A program made the position numbers and the translations under genes. The notes beneath the pieces are model-generated. The model did not search any database. It saw only the letters and a program-made list of their open reading frames with translations, and had not been told where the DNA came from. Positions 48,834 through 61,431 of a stretch of DNA of 64,000 nt are shown one piece after another. The stretch spans positions 5,518,001 to 5,582,000 of the forward strand of contig NC_043016.1 in the NCBI RefSeq assembly GCF_006345805.1, read 5' to 3'. This stretch comes from Octopus sinensis. Taxonomy: Eukaryota. Positions within the stretch are counted from its first letter, which is position 1, and the number at the start of each line of letters is the position of its first letter.

Positions 48834-51800
48834 AATAAATTTAAAATAGCAATTTTGCTTTTTCATGTTTATTTCTTATATTTAAAAATTTGTTAGGTAA
48901 TTAATAGTTAACTGATTTTGTTTATGTACACATTTTCATGCTTATTTGTAATATTTTGACATATTTTATCTGAAAAATTTCGTGATTTGAATGATCTCTT
49001 TTGTAACCATAGATAATATTAAATTGCTCATGTAGATCACTAAAATGTCAAAGTTTTCAGGATAGAAAATGCGTCAAAATGTTGCAAAAATGTATAAAAC
49101 AACATATTGGAATTTGCAATTTTTTCTTTATTTGCAATATTTTGACGCATTTTTTACCTGAAAACCTCATAAATTTTAAGATACCACAAAAATGTCAAAA
49201 GAATGTGACAAAATATTGTTAATTTTCAGATAAAAAATGTCAAAATATTGGAAATAAGCATAAGAACGTGAACAAAATTGCTAACTTAAATTTGATGCTT
49301 TTTAGTATTCACGTGCAATATTTTGACATATGTGTATCATGAAAACTTTTGAGAATCTCGGATATAACAGTAGAGTTATTGATAGGGCATATATTTATGC
49401 CCTATCCATAAATCTACTGTGACTTTATTTATCTCTTGGGCAAATAAACATGAAATAGTAAAAAAAATTGCAAATTTCAATTTTGTTGCATTTCAGTAAT
49501 TATTTGCAATATTTTGACACATTTTCTTCACATTGTTATGATTTTTTGCAGTATATTGACAAATTTTTTTTTTTGAAACTTTTGTGAATTGAGTAAACTC
49601 TTGGATGAATATAAGTTTACTGATTGATAAGATTACAATAATCAAAGAGATCACCCAAGTGACAGACGTTTTCCTGATACCAAATATGTCAATATATTGC
49701 AAATAAGTACTAAAAAAAAAAGATTGTAATTTGCAATTTTGTTCACTTTTCTATGTTTATTTGCAATATTTTGCAATCTTTTGTCATCAATATAGTTTTC
49801 AGTCATCTTCAGGATAAAAAATGTGTTAAAATGTTTTGTGATAAATTTAATAACAATAAATTTAATGAGCAATATCACTTTATTACTTTTATTTGTATAG
49901 TGAACACTTTTTCCACATGAGTACTAAAATTAAAATTTGTATTTGCAATTTTGTTTACTTTTTTATGCTTTTCAGAAATTTTTTGGAAAACTTTTGTCAC
50001 TTTTGTCTTTCGTAATTTCATGATACAAAATGTTTGAAGATATTTTGTTTTCTGAAATCTTTGTGTAATAAGAAATTTCTTAGGTAAATAATAGTTACCT
50101 GATTTTGTTCATGTTCACATTTTTATGCTTATTTGTAATATTTTGTCAAAATTTTTCACCTAATATTTTGACATTTTTGTGATGTCTTACAAGACATCAC
50201 AAAAATGTCAAAATATTTCAGTAAACAGAATGTGACAAAGTATTGATATTTTTCTGATGACTAATAAATATAGATCACTATGAATGAATCACTAAACTTA
50301 TAGTTACCGAAGAAATTTATATTTAAGATCACACAAGTCACAAAATGTCAAAATATTTCAGTAAACAGAATGTGACGAAGTATTGATATTTTTCTGATGA
50401 CTAATAAATATAGATTATCATGAATCACTAAACCGAAGAAATTACTCGTCACAAATTTTTCAGATAAAAAATGTCTAACAATGTGAACAAGATTGCAAAT
50501 TCCAATTTATTGTTTTTTTAGTACTTATTTGCAAGATACATTAGGTATCTCGAAAACTTGTGACATGTTATCATCAATCAGTAAATTTATATTTAACCAA
50601 GAGATTTGCAATATTTTCAATATTTTAACACATTAGGCATCTTGAAAACTTTTGATATTTTCGTGATGTCTTCGATAAATATATCCTTATCATCAATCAG
50701 TAAATTTATATTTAACAGATCACACAAGTCACAAAAATTTTCAGATAATAAATGTCAAAATATTGGAAATAAGCATAAGAACGTGAACAAAATTGCTAAC
50801 TCAAATTTTGTCACTTGGGTAATCTCTTTGGTAATTATAAGTTATATGATAAATAATAAGATTATATTTAACGAACAGATCACTAGAGTGGCAAAAGATT
50901 TTCAAAAAAATGTTTCAAGATATTGCAAATGAGTACTAAAAGACAATAAATTTGAAATAGCAATTTTGCTTTTTCATGTTTATTTCTTATATTTAAATAT
51001 TTTGTTTTCTGAAATCTTTTGTGAAGTAAAAAAATTTCTTAGGTAATTAATATTAACTGATTTTGTTCAGGTTCACATTTTCATGCTTATTTGCAATATT
51101 TTGATATATTTTATCGGAAAAATTTCGTGATTTGAATGATCTCTTTTGTAACCATAGGTTAACTCATAGATAATATTAAATTGCTCATGTAGATCACAAA
51201 AATGTCAAAGTTTTCAGGATAGAAAATGCGTTAAAATGTTGCAAATAAGTACTAAATAAGTTTTCAGATAAAAAATGTCTAACAATGTGAACAAGATTGC
51301 AAATTCCAATTTATTGTTTTTTAGTACATATTTGCAATATTTTAACACATTAGGCATCTTAAAAACTTTTGATATTTTGATATTTTGACACAGTTGTAGC
51401 ATGAAAACTTTTGAGAATCTTGGATATATATATATGAGTTAATTTATAACTCATGTAAAGTAGATTTATGCCCTATCCTTAAATCTACTGTTACTTTAGT
51501 CATCCTTTGGGCAAATAACTATTGAAAAGTAAAAAGTGACAGACGTTTTCATGGTACGAAACATGTCAATATATTGCAAATAAGTACTAAAAAAAAAAGA
51601 TTATAATTTGCAATTTTGTTCACTTTTCTATGCTTATTCACAATAATTTGCAATATTTTGTCATCAATATAACTATGAAAGGTCATCACAAAAATGTGTT
51701 AAAACAATACATTTCAAGTAGCAATATTTTTTCATTTGAGTAATCTTTTGGGTAATTATATTTTCAATGACACTTTAGTGAACTCTTTGAAAAATTATAT

Positions 51801-53018
51801 TAACAAATTTTATTAAAGTTTTCAGATAACAAAATGCGTCAAAATACTTCAAATCATCATTAAAAAGTAAACATTATTGCAAATTTTAATTTAGTACTTA
51901 TTTGCAATATTTCGACGCATTTTGTATCCTGAAAACAACAAATTTGTATGTCGTCACTTGAGTAATCTCTTTGGTAATTATAATTTATCTGATATGTAAC
52001 TATAATTTATCTGATATTAGATTTTATTTATTAAAAAGGTCACGTTATTGCCCTGAGAATTCAAGATACAAAATGTCTCAAAATTTTGTAAATGAGTATT
52101 AAAAAACAATAAATTTGTATTAGCAATATTGTTCACTTTCTTATGCTTATTGTGACTTTGTGACTTGAATCAGAAGTTAACTGAAAGAAGAAAAGATTAT
52201 ATTTATCACATCAATCAGAAAAATGTCAAAAGATTTGAAAATACAAAATGTGCCAAAATATTTCAAATATTACTAAAAAACAAAATAAAATTTGTAATTT
52301 TCTTCACTTTTTATGCTTATTTGCAATATTTTAACACATTTTGATTTCTGGAAACTATCGTGACCTAATTGATCCCGTGACTTGGATAAATGTTTACTGA
52401 AACTTTACAGGATAGAAAATGTGTCAAAATAATGCATATAAGTACTAAAAAACAAGAAATTTAATTAGCAATTTTCACTTTTTCTTATTTGAAAACTTTT
52501 GTGACTTGAGTAAAAATTTAACTGATTAAGATTATATTTATCAAGGTGTCAAAAACTTTTACGGATACGAATTGTGTCAAAATATTGCACATAAGTCAGA
52601 AAAATATTGCAAAAAAGCAATGTGAACAAAATTGCTAATTAAATCAGTTAAATTATCACTTGTCAGAAAAGTTTTCAGATGACGTCTAAACATAAAAATG
52701 TGAAAATAATTGCAAATTCCAATTTGCTCTTTTGCAATATTTTGACATTTTGTATCCTGAAAACATTTGACACTTTAGTAATTTGTTTGGCAAATATAAT
52801 CTTATTAATAATTATTGCGAACTCAAATTTGTTGTGTTTTAGAACTTATTTGTGACAAATTTTGTATCCTGAAAACTTTTGAGTATTTAGTGATCTCTTG
52901 GATATATATATAATCTTAAAATCAATGACAATTTATATTTACCCAAGGGATCATACAGATGAACGGTCAGTATAGCAGAACTGTATTTTAAATGAAACTA
53001 CGAGTTTTGGAGGGTCTC
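48834..53018. repeat. AT-rich degenerate hairpin satellite, block 3 (copy of block 2)
   Basis: Collinear with 41518-45711, with small reciprocal indels. Confidence 0.85.
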
Positions 53019-53019
53019 T

Positions 53020-53760
53020 ACTTAAAATACAAGTGAATACAGAGCTCACAACAGTTTTCCTGCAATTAGCCACCTTTGACTGTCACTCACTGCCACTCCG
53101 TTTGTTATTTTACTCTTGCCCTAGCGTTCTTGGAGCTGAAGCTTTAAATGTTGTTTGTTTGTTTTGGCATCTGCCACTGCTCGGAGGAAATCGATGTCAC
53201 AATGGACGATATTAAAAATGCAAAGGATTTGTTAAGGAAAGATGGAAACAACGTCTTCCTTAACACTGCACAACAACTGCTATATCAAACAAACAAAAGG
53301 ACCAAATTTTCGATAAAATTTTCAACATAAAACACAAAAAAGTAGAAGGGGCAACGCCACAGCAGTTGGAGAAATAATATGTAACCAAAGAAATAATATG
53401 TAACCAAGGGGAAGCGAGGAAACGATTTGGAACTGTAGAAGTTCGCTTCCCAACTGAAAAGAACGCAAAGCAGCATTCCACAGTACCCTTAAAAACTGAG
53501 GATTTGCTGCTCGTGCCGACATACCTTGGTCGGCGCGTTACAAAATTAAAAATATAGCAAGTGCCACCTGAACTCAGTATATGCTGGCTAGTGGTAGCTG
53601 TCCTCTTAGACATAGAGGACACTGCCACAATTTTAGAAGCGCATAAATTGCACAGTTAAAACTGTTAAAGCTAAGCAGTCTGTTTGGGAGAACTTTCAGG
53701 CCGGGGTCCATGGATTGCTTCCAGCTGGGCCCGCCCGAGGTGCGCTCAGAACTACGAAAT
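53020..53760 (+). mobile_element. Tx1-A 5' fragment joined to a Tx1-A 3' fragment
   Basis: Matches 9095-9735 and then 12918-13083. Confidence 0.85.
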
Positions 53761-54575
53761 AGGTTTCTTCGCCAGCCTGCATATGTAGATACTTAGTCCC
53801 CCCACTTTTATGATTATTCACATAAGTTATGTCAATTTAACCAAAGTTGTTGACGTAGTTAAAATTTAACTGATAAATTACGTATAACCAATTGGATTCC
53901 ATGGACAGCGAGGCTCACCAAGCAGATCGGGCCGAAAATGTCGCTAGAAGCTAGGATCACCAAGCATAGATTGGCATATTTCGGTTATATTATGCAGAGA
54001 AAATCCCTGGAGAAGGACATCATGCTCGGAATGATCAGTGGCAAGAGAGGCTTGACACCATCATGAGTGATACTGGAATGGACATCTGGATAGAACTGAC
54101 TGGAATACACACTGAACCAACGAGTAACCGAGAGTCGACTTGTTATAAAAGGTGGACGTTTTATTTTTGTTATTATACATATATTTTTTGTATTTTGCTT
54201 TTAATTTGCAATCAGGGAATACTTGCCTTTTTTAGTTTCAAATTGGTGGGTTTTACGCGGCAGGTAACTATCATTAGGCGCTGGGATGAGCTACTCTTTT
54301 CTCCACCTTGTTTCACAAACAAGAGTGAAACAAGAGTACTCAAGAGTACTCAAATACCAGACGTAGAGTAATATGCTTTATTTAAAAGCAGCAGAAATAT
54401 AACAAAAGCTGTTAGAGTTTCACGTTCCCGATCGTCGGACAGTATTGTTAAAATGGAATAGTAATAGCGATATAATCAAAACTAGTTGAAGGATACACCT
54501 TTAAAAAAAGGATTTATTTCATTGGGCGTTTCAATTAACGGTCTTAATGAACAAAATAAATGAATTCAATATAAA
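53761..54575 (+). repeat. duplicated segments: RTE-containing piece (matches 20455-21080) and HH-B arm (matches 22620-22870)
   Basis: Direct sequence match with deletions. Confidence 0.85.
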
Positions 54576-56620
54576 TTTGTCCAAGTACTGTTTGAAAGTT
54601 GTGAGGTCTTTTTAACATTAATTTCTTTTGGGATAACATTGAAAAGAACAGGACCATTTGCAGTGAAGAAACTATGTCGCAATGATCTTATGTGATGTGA
54701 TCTTTACTCTTGTAGGGGACACATTGCACTAGGGTGAACTGTAGACACAATACCGATATAATTTGGATAATATTGGCGGAATATTTTCCACATGGTGCAA
54801 ATAATGTATCGCTCACGGCGGCGTGGAAGGGAATAGGATTTCAGCTGTTTCAAATCAAGTCCCTTCATTCCATTTATTTTTTTAGTGATTGATGTTCATT
54901 ATGTCTTGTCTTTTTTTTAGGGGTCCACAATGGACAGTAGTATTTGAGGTGGGGGCCTAGTGAATGTGAAGAAGAGAAGGATGATTTCATGATCCCTAGA
55001 TTGAAAAGTTCTGAGGATCCATGAGTACATTCTGCGAGCAACATTTTTTGTTGATGTGCACACTCCAGCTTAGGTTGCTGTCGACAGTTACACCTATGTC
55101 TCTGATATTATCCGACGGTTCAAGTAGGTTTCCCGATGGTTGTTGGAATGTGCCCTCTTAAAAAGAAGTGGACCCAGCACACTACACTGCCGGGCTCAGC
55201 TGACGACTTTTGCTGGTCTTGAGTGGATGCCATCAACTGGGTCCTGTTTGTTAGGAAATACCTAATCCATTGAAGTAGCATTGGATAGTTTCCTTAACAG
55301 TATATTGTTGTCGACTCTGTCAAAGGCCTTGATATGACATCGTCGTTGGAGCCCTCAGTGCATTTAAGATGTCATCAAAATGGTGGAGAAGCTGTCCTTC
55401 CCACCACGAAAGCCATGCGGGTTACAATTTAGAATATGATTTTGCTCTAGGAAGTCTGTTATTCTTGATCTCAACAGTCTCTCACATACATATGAGGTGA
55501 GTAAGATTGGACGGTAGCTTACTTGAAGCGTTTTATTCCCTTTTTAAAGATAGGAACGACTGACTGGGAGAGAAGGTTTTTGAGGGATAAGACTGGTATC
55601 CAGTGATTTCCTCCAGAGATTTGCAAGAGGAGCCGCAAGTTGCTCTCTGCATTCCTTTAGCACTCTAGCAGGGAACCTGTCAGGACCCACTGCTGAATCA
55701 GGTTTGATTTCTTTTATTGCTTGTTGAGATGTCAGTAGCGCTGAAGGTTATGTCGGAAACGACATGTTGAGAATTCAAAGAAGCAAAGCAGCTTGAGTCA
55801 ACTGAATTAGGTCACTGTAAACAGAGCAGTATTGACTTTGCAGAATGTCAGCCATGTCTTTGACATCGCTGTGAAGGATACCGCTTCCGTCAACCATTGG
55901 GCCAATAGAGGAAACTGTGGTCCTATGTGTTTTTGCAAAGGAGTAAAAACTTTAGGATTTATTCTCTGGAGCTCCTCGGTCGTTTATGACGGTTCTTATA
56001 CAGTCCTGCAGCTGTTAATGTTCTCGATTGGAGGTGATGCCGATGGTGGTATTTTAGTGTATTGATTTTTCGGTTTATTCTTCTTATTCTCCTGATGAGC
56101 GCTTTTCTATGTTTTAGAATCCTGCATAGCCTGTTATTTATGAGTCGTGAGGGTGTGTGTTTTGAGCATATGAGGGTGACTGTGCCCTCAAATAGTTGCC
56201 ATGCGTTTGTGCAAGAGCGAAGGACCAGTCCATTTGCCATAAGTCTTGAGTGATCGCACTCCAGTTTGACTTGTGTAAATTCATGTTATCAAATGGGTGC
56301 ACTTGTGTTATGCTGAAGATTGAGGTTACAAATCGGACAGGGCGTTCTTTCCACTGTGATATTATGGATAGTGTTAGCATGATTGCTTAGCACTAGATCC
56401 AAAACACTTTGGTTGGCAAAATTAGTAACCGGGATAAAATGAGTAATTTCTAATTTCTCGATTTCTCACTATCTGTTTGACTTCATTATATTGTAAGTAT
56501 TGCATCATCATATTGAGAAAGCATAGTTGAGAAAGTTTGAAAAGTAGTCAGGTCACAGATAACTTTTTCATCCAATAAGTTATTCCTCTGCAATTGAAGC
56601 AGCTAATAAAATATCTGAAT
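54576..56620 (-). mobile_element. CR1-like LINE, duplicate of 25285-27345
   Basis: Collinear match including the fusion point to Tx1-B. Confidence 0.8.
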
Positions 56621-59600
56621 AAAGCCACGGCATCCCTAACCCACTCTTCAGCGGCTTTTGGCAGCAAATAGAGCGCCTTACAAGAGGTCTGCTGCCCCTC
56701 CACAAAAATCGAAAGAGCATGCGTTCCAGCTTGTTCAGCCACGAATCGGGGCAAGGCACGACGGTCAGGCGGTAAGTGATTACAGAGGCGATAAACACCT
56801 CTGCAACCTTCGCCCTCCCTTTCAAGGACAGCTTCCGCTCAGACCAGGTCTGAGTTAGGAGAGCCACCTTTCTCGCCACCTCGCTCCAATTCTTCTCTAT
56901 CTGGAGATCTGGACCTAACCAAATTCCAAGCATTTTCACCGGCCCTTCCGTCCAACGTCCTACGACGTTGTCGGAAGACATCGACTTGCCCCTCCAGGTG
57001 CCGAGTTGCAAGTCGACCGATTTATCCCGGTTGACTTTCGCTCCTGCCACCGCTTGGTAATCCCTTATGGCCTCACCCACCCTCTGTAGGTGCTCGACTC
57101 GGGATACGATGACGGTGATGTCGTCCGCATACGCCGAAGCTGACTTTCCGCACCCTAGATCTCGCGGAGTGCCCCTCATAGTTTCCAACCTCCTCAGCAA
57201 CGGCTTGAGGGCCAAAACGTAGAGAAGCGGGGAGAGAGGGCACTTTTGACGTACTGAACGTTCAATGCGGAACGGCTCCGAAAAGAAACTGTTCACCCGA
57301 ACTACCGATTCGATATTGCTGTATAAAGCTTTGATCCATTCGCGGAAGGTCGGGCCGAAGCCAGCCGCCGCGAGGACCGCCGCCAGATACTGATGGTCCA
57401 CCTTATCAAAGCTTTCGATTGGTCCAAATGGACCACAGCCCCACCCTTGCCAGGAATCCTATTTACGTTTTCTAAGGCATAGCGTAGAGAGTGGAGATTG
57501 TCGTGGATGCTCCTTCCAGGGATGGCGCAAGTTTGCGCCTCGCCAACAAGTTCACCCACGACCCGCGCCAACCTTTTTGCTAAGATCTTGGCCAAAATCT
57601 TCAACTCTGCGTTAAGCAGAGTGATGGGCCGAAAATTATCAATGGAATCCCCCTTGTTTGGGTCCTTTCTTAACGCTCACAAACTTAGGAATTCTCCCGT
57701 TCTGCTGCCAGTTGGTGTACACGCATGCAAGTTGGTGCTCAAACAAGTCTGGCATGCTACTATAGAGTTCGTGAGGCAGACCATCGAGTCCCGGCGATTT
57801 GTCCCCGCAACAGTCTACCAACACATCCTCGACTTCCTTGGCTGTGATCGGTGCCTCACAAGATTCCGCATCTGGCCTCGATAGACGTGGCGAACCGGCT
57901 AGGAAGTCTGCGAGCTTCTCCCCGCGCTCCAGTCCGCCGATCCTCCCGAATAGCTGGGCGAAATGATCGTGAAACACCTTGCACATCTCCACGGGTTCGT
58001 TTACTGATCGACCATTTGGGTCCGTCAAAGATCGAATGGTTGAATTGTTGCCACGCTGGCACTCTACCACCCGGGCCCATCCGGCTGCGTTGATCCCTTC
58101 CTGTCTCATTGCACGGATCTTAGCCCTGACAATGCACCCTTCATGTTTAGCTTTGAGATGTTGGTTCAGTGCCAACCTCGCCGCTAACACTTTCGATACC
58201 TGCCTGACCCCATTGCCTCATCTATTGCCTTAACTAGTTCCTTTTCTACTTTGTTTCTAGCACTAGCTAGTTCTTTGCTAAACCTAATTGACTCAAATTT
58301 GATGGCTCTTTTCAGGGCGTACCACCATTTGTTGTTGATAATAGTTGGTTAACGCCAACATTACTAATTGTTTAATCCGATTCCTGTAGGCTTCACAGCC
58401 CAATAGTGACGTTTTTTTACCTTCCAGTAACCGGTACCTCGTTTACACATGCTATCTATATCGAGCGTACAGGTCACTAATTTGTGACCGCTGTAGCTGA
58501 CGATATGGTGTTGTGGACAGCAAAGTATTTTCTTATCTTTCCTTGTAGTTATGATTCTATCTATGTAAGATCTGGACGACCCGTCGTTTCTTGCCCAGGA
58601 CCACGCTGGAACGTCTGGGTTGTCCAGTCTTAATCGATCTGCCAACTCGAAACGACTTAGCAGATCGTTGAGGTGAGGTAATCCCCTCCAATTCTTTCTC
58701 GAGCCAACATAATCTACGCGTGCATCGCAAATTATATTGAAGTCACCTAGCAATACTAACGTGTTCGACGTGCCGATAAAATTCTCTAGGCTTTTGAAGT
58801 AATCTTTCTGCCCGGCTTTTCCTTCGCAGGGAGCATAGACAGCGACCAGCCTGAACACTTTACGACTGCTATCCGTCACATCCCAAACGACCAACCTGCC
58901 TTCCGGATCTATAAATCCAGTTTTTTTCTGGTCAGCACTGCCACTCATCCGCCCCCTCCAGGTCGACAGGGAGAAACGTATTTCTCGTAGCCGTTTAGAA
59001 GGGGTTAAAAAGCCTGCAGCCCACTCAGTCTGGATTCGGTAATTACCACTACATCCAAACGATGTAGGCAGCCTTGCTTCCAATACGACCCCAGGCCGCG
59101 AATATTTAAACAACCGAGTTTAAACGAGAATGTGAAAAATTAGTCGAATGTTTAAAACTTATTGTTTTAACGGGAGAGAGGGTGTAGTTTCACCCTCCTC
59201 TTTTCTGTCTGTGAGCGTTGTGGTTTGCGAGGTCATTTTTTTTCGCGAATTGTCTGTAGAGATAGCTCGAAAAGTTCATCTGTAACGGGCCGACGTCCTC
59301 CGCAAAAGATTTTTTTAGTTCGAAATGGTATAAAATTCGACATTTTCAAGAATAATACTATTTACATCTGTTGCGATATATTTTTTCGCCGATTTCATTA
59401 AAACAATTTGGTCTCTTAATAGTTTATTATTTTTGTTCATCGCCGTGAAGGTGTTTCTCTTTTTTATATTAGGCGATTGTGGTGTGTGTGTGTGCTTGTG
59501 GGTGTGTGTGTGTTCTTGTAGAAGCGTCGGTGTTTGTAGGTGTGTGTGCTTGTGGTAGGTGTATGTGTGTTTGTGTGTGCCTTTTCCAGTGTGTGTGTTT

Positions 59601-60922
59601 TTTGGCTACGTGTGTGTTTGCGACTGTATTTGTGGGTGTGGGTGTGCTTGTCTGTCTTGGAGCATAGTCCTGTGTATCCGAAGAGGGTGGGTTTTTCCGT
59701 TTCCATCTTTTTGAAGGTTCCACGGTGACCCACTCCTGGTTATTGTTTGTGTTTTCTCCCGCTGTCGGCAATTGGTGTGCACGACGTGGCTGTTATTTCT
59801 AGCGGTGTGGTCGTTGTCCTCGGCGTCGTGCTTGCCTCTTCTGTTGCGTTTTCTTTGACTGTCTTCTTCTTACAGCTCGACCTTATGTGGCCTTTCTCGC
59901 CACATTTGTAACATCTGGGCTTTCTCCCCTCGACTATCACCATCAGGCTGGTATTTTCTCCAATTGTAAGGGAACTGGGCATTTTTTCTAAGTCTGAGGG
60001 GTTTGCTTGGATGACAAGCTCTAAATCTTGTCCAACCCAGTTCATGTGGTGATATCTCTTAGATTGAAGAATTGAAATTTCTTCTTCTTTGCCTATGAGA
60101 ATAGCGGCTATCACCCAGGCCACATCTATTTCGGGTGGTATATCAGTGACCGTGATTTTTGAAGTTCTCTTTCCTATGTAAGTCGGCAGGAGAATTACTT
60201 CTTCCGACTTCAATGTCATTGTTGAATTTTCCCTAGCTTTTTCTTCGCTAGGGAAACGCACCTCTACAGTGCCGAAGCGACTACCCCTCGTTATATAGCT
60301 TGTTTGTTGCCATATCGGCCTCAATAATTTTTCTATCGCTTTCCTCGGTACGAAATCAATTTTTTTTAGTTTTTACATATGTTTTATATATCAGTTTTTC
60401 TCTCCGTCGCGTAAATTAATTCACTGGGAGGGAGCAACTTCACATTATCACCTTCTTTTTTTAGTAGTCCTTGGAATTTATTTAAATCTTCTTTGTTTAT
60501 GACTATATTTTCACAGGGGCGAGTTGCTGCACTCGCAAAATTAATTTTTGACTTTTCCTCGCTAGACATTTTGTTGTCTGCCTTTGTAACGAGCGCGTGC
60601 GACGCCTCTATACCTTTACCTTCCTCCTCCCACATATTCGCCTCTATATCTTTACCGCCCTCCTCCCACATATTCGCCTTTATGCCTTCAAACAAATTTT
60701 CAAAGATTTCCTTGGACTCGGAAGAAATTGGTGACAAATTCATGTCTTTCGCGCGTCCCCCTTGAAACAAGGGGAAAACAGGGGGAAACAACGCAATACT
60801 CTGTTTCAACAGCAGAAGAGAAGTGGTCTCGCCGACAAAACAGCAAATTTTCACAATTTTCAGCACAAAAACAATCTTTCACTGCGGAGCAAAGAAAACA
60901 CGACCGATAAGAGTCCGACCGA
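56621..60922 (-). mobile_element. Tx1-B, best-preserved copy (ORF1, APE, RT), 3'-truncated
   Basis: ORF 59740..60324 has FGTVEVRFPSEEKA and the CCHC knuckle CYKCGEKGHIRSSC. ORF 58364..59113 is APE (LLGDFN, RSYIDRI, SGHKLV). ORF 56580..57401 is RT (QKCPLSPLLY, AYADDI). Confidence 0.92.
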
Positions 60923-61095
60923 GAGAGACAGAGAGAGAGGGGGGAGAGAGAGTGTGTGTGTGAGAGAAAGAGAGTGAGATAGAGAATGAGAGAGAAGGAG
61001 AGTGAGTGATAGCGAGAATGAATGAGAAAGAGTGAGAGAGAGAGAGTGAGGAGAGAGAGAGTGAGGAGAGAGAGAGTGAGGAGAGAGAGAGTGAG

Positions 61096-61127
<32 letters not shown>

Positions 61128-61302
61128 TGAGGAGAGAGAGTGTGAGTTAGAAATTGAGAGAGAGAGAGTGAGTGAGAGAGAGTGAGAGCGAGAGAGTGAG
61201 ATAGAGTGAGACAGAGAATCAGAGAGAGAGTGATAGAGAGAGAAAGTGAGAGATAGTGAGCGAGTGTGAGAGAAAGAGAGTGAGAGAGAGGGTGAGATAG
61301 AG
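60923..61302. repeat. (GA)/(GAGTGAG)-rich microsatellite
   Basis: Direct reading; paralogue of 31686-31980. Confidence 0.9.
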
Positions 61303-61418
61303 TATTTCTTTATTCACCATAAGGTTGAGAAAAAGAGGGGACAAAACAAACGTTGGGGTCAGGGTATCGAATGAGACGAAACATATGAATAAACAAACAA
61401 TTAAAATATATACAATTA
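61303..61418 (-). mobile_element. Tx1-B 3' UTR tip
   Basis: Matches 31981-32097. Confidence 0.88.
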
Positions 61419-61431
61419 CGATACGCTCGAA

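Noticed and set aside
36777-51402. Short ORFs in the AT-rich satellite (for example 38292..38591 and 43325..43651)
   Set aside because: They derive from repeated satellite motifs on both strands and show no domain signal.
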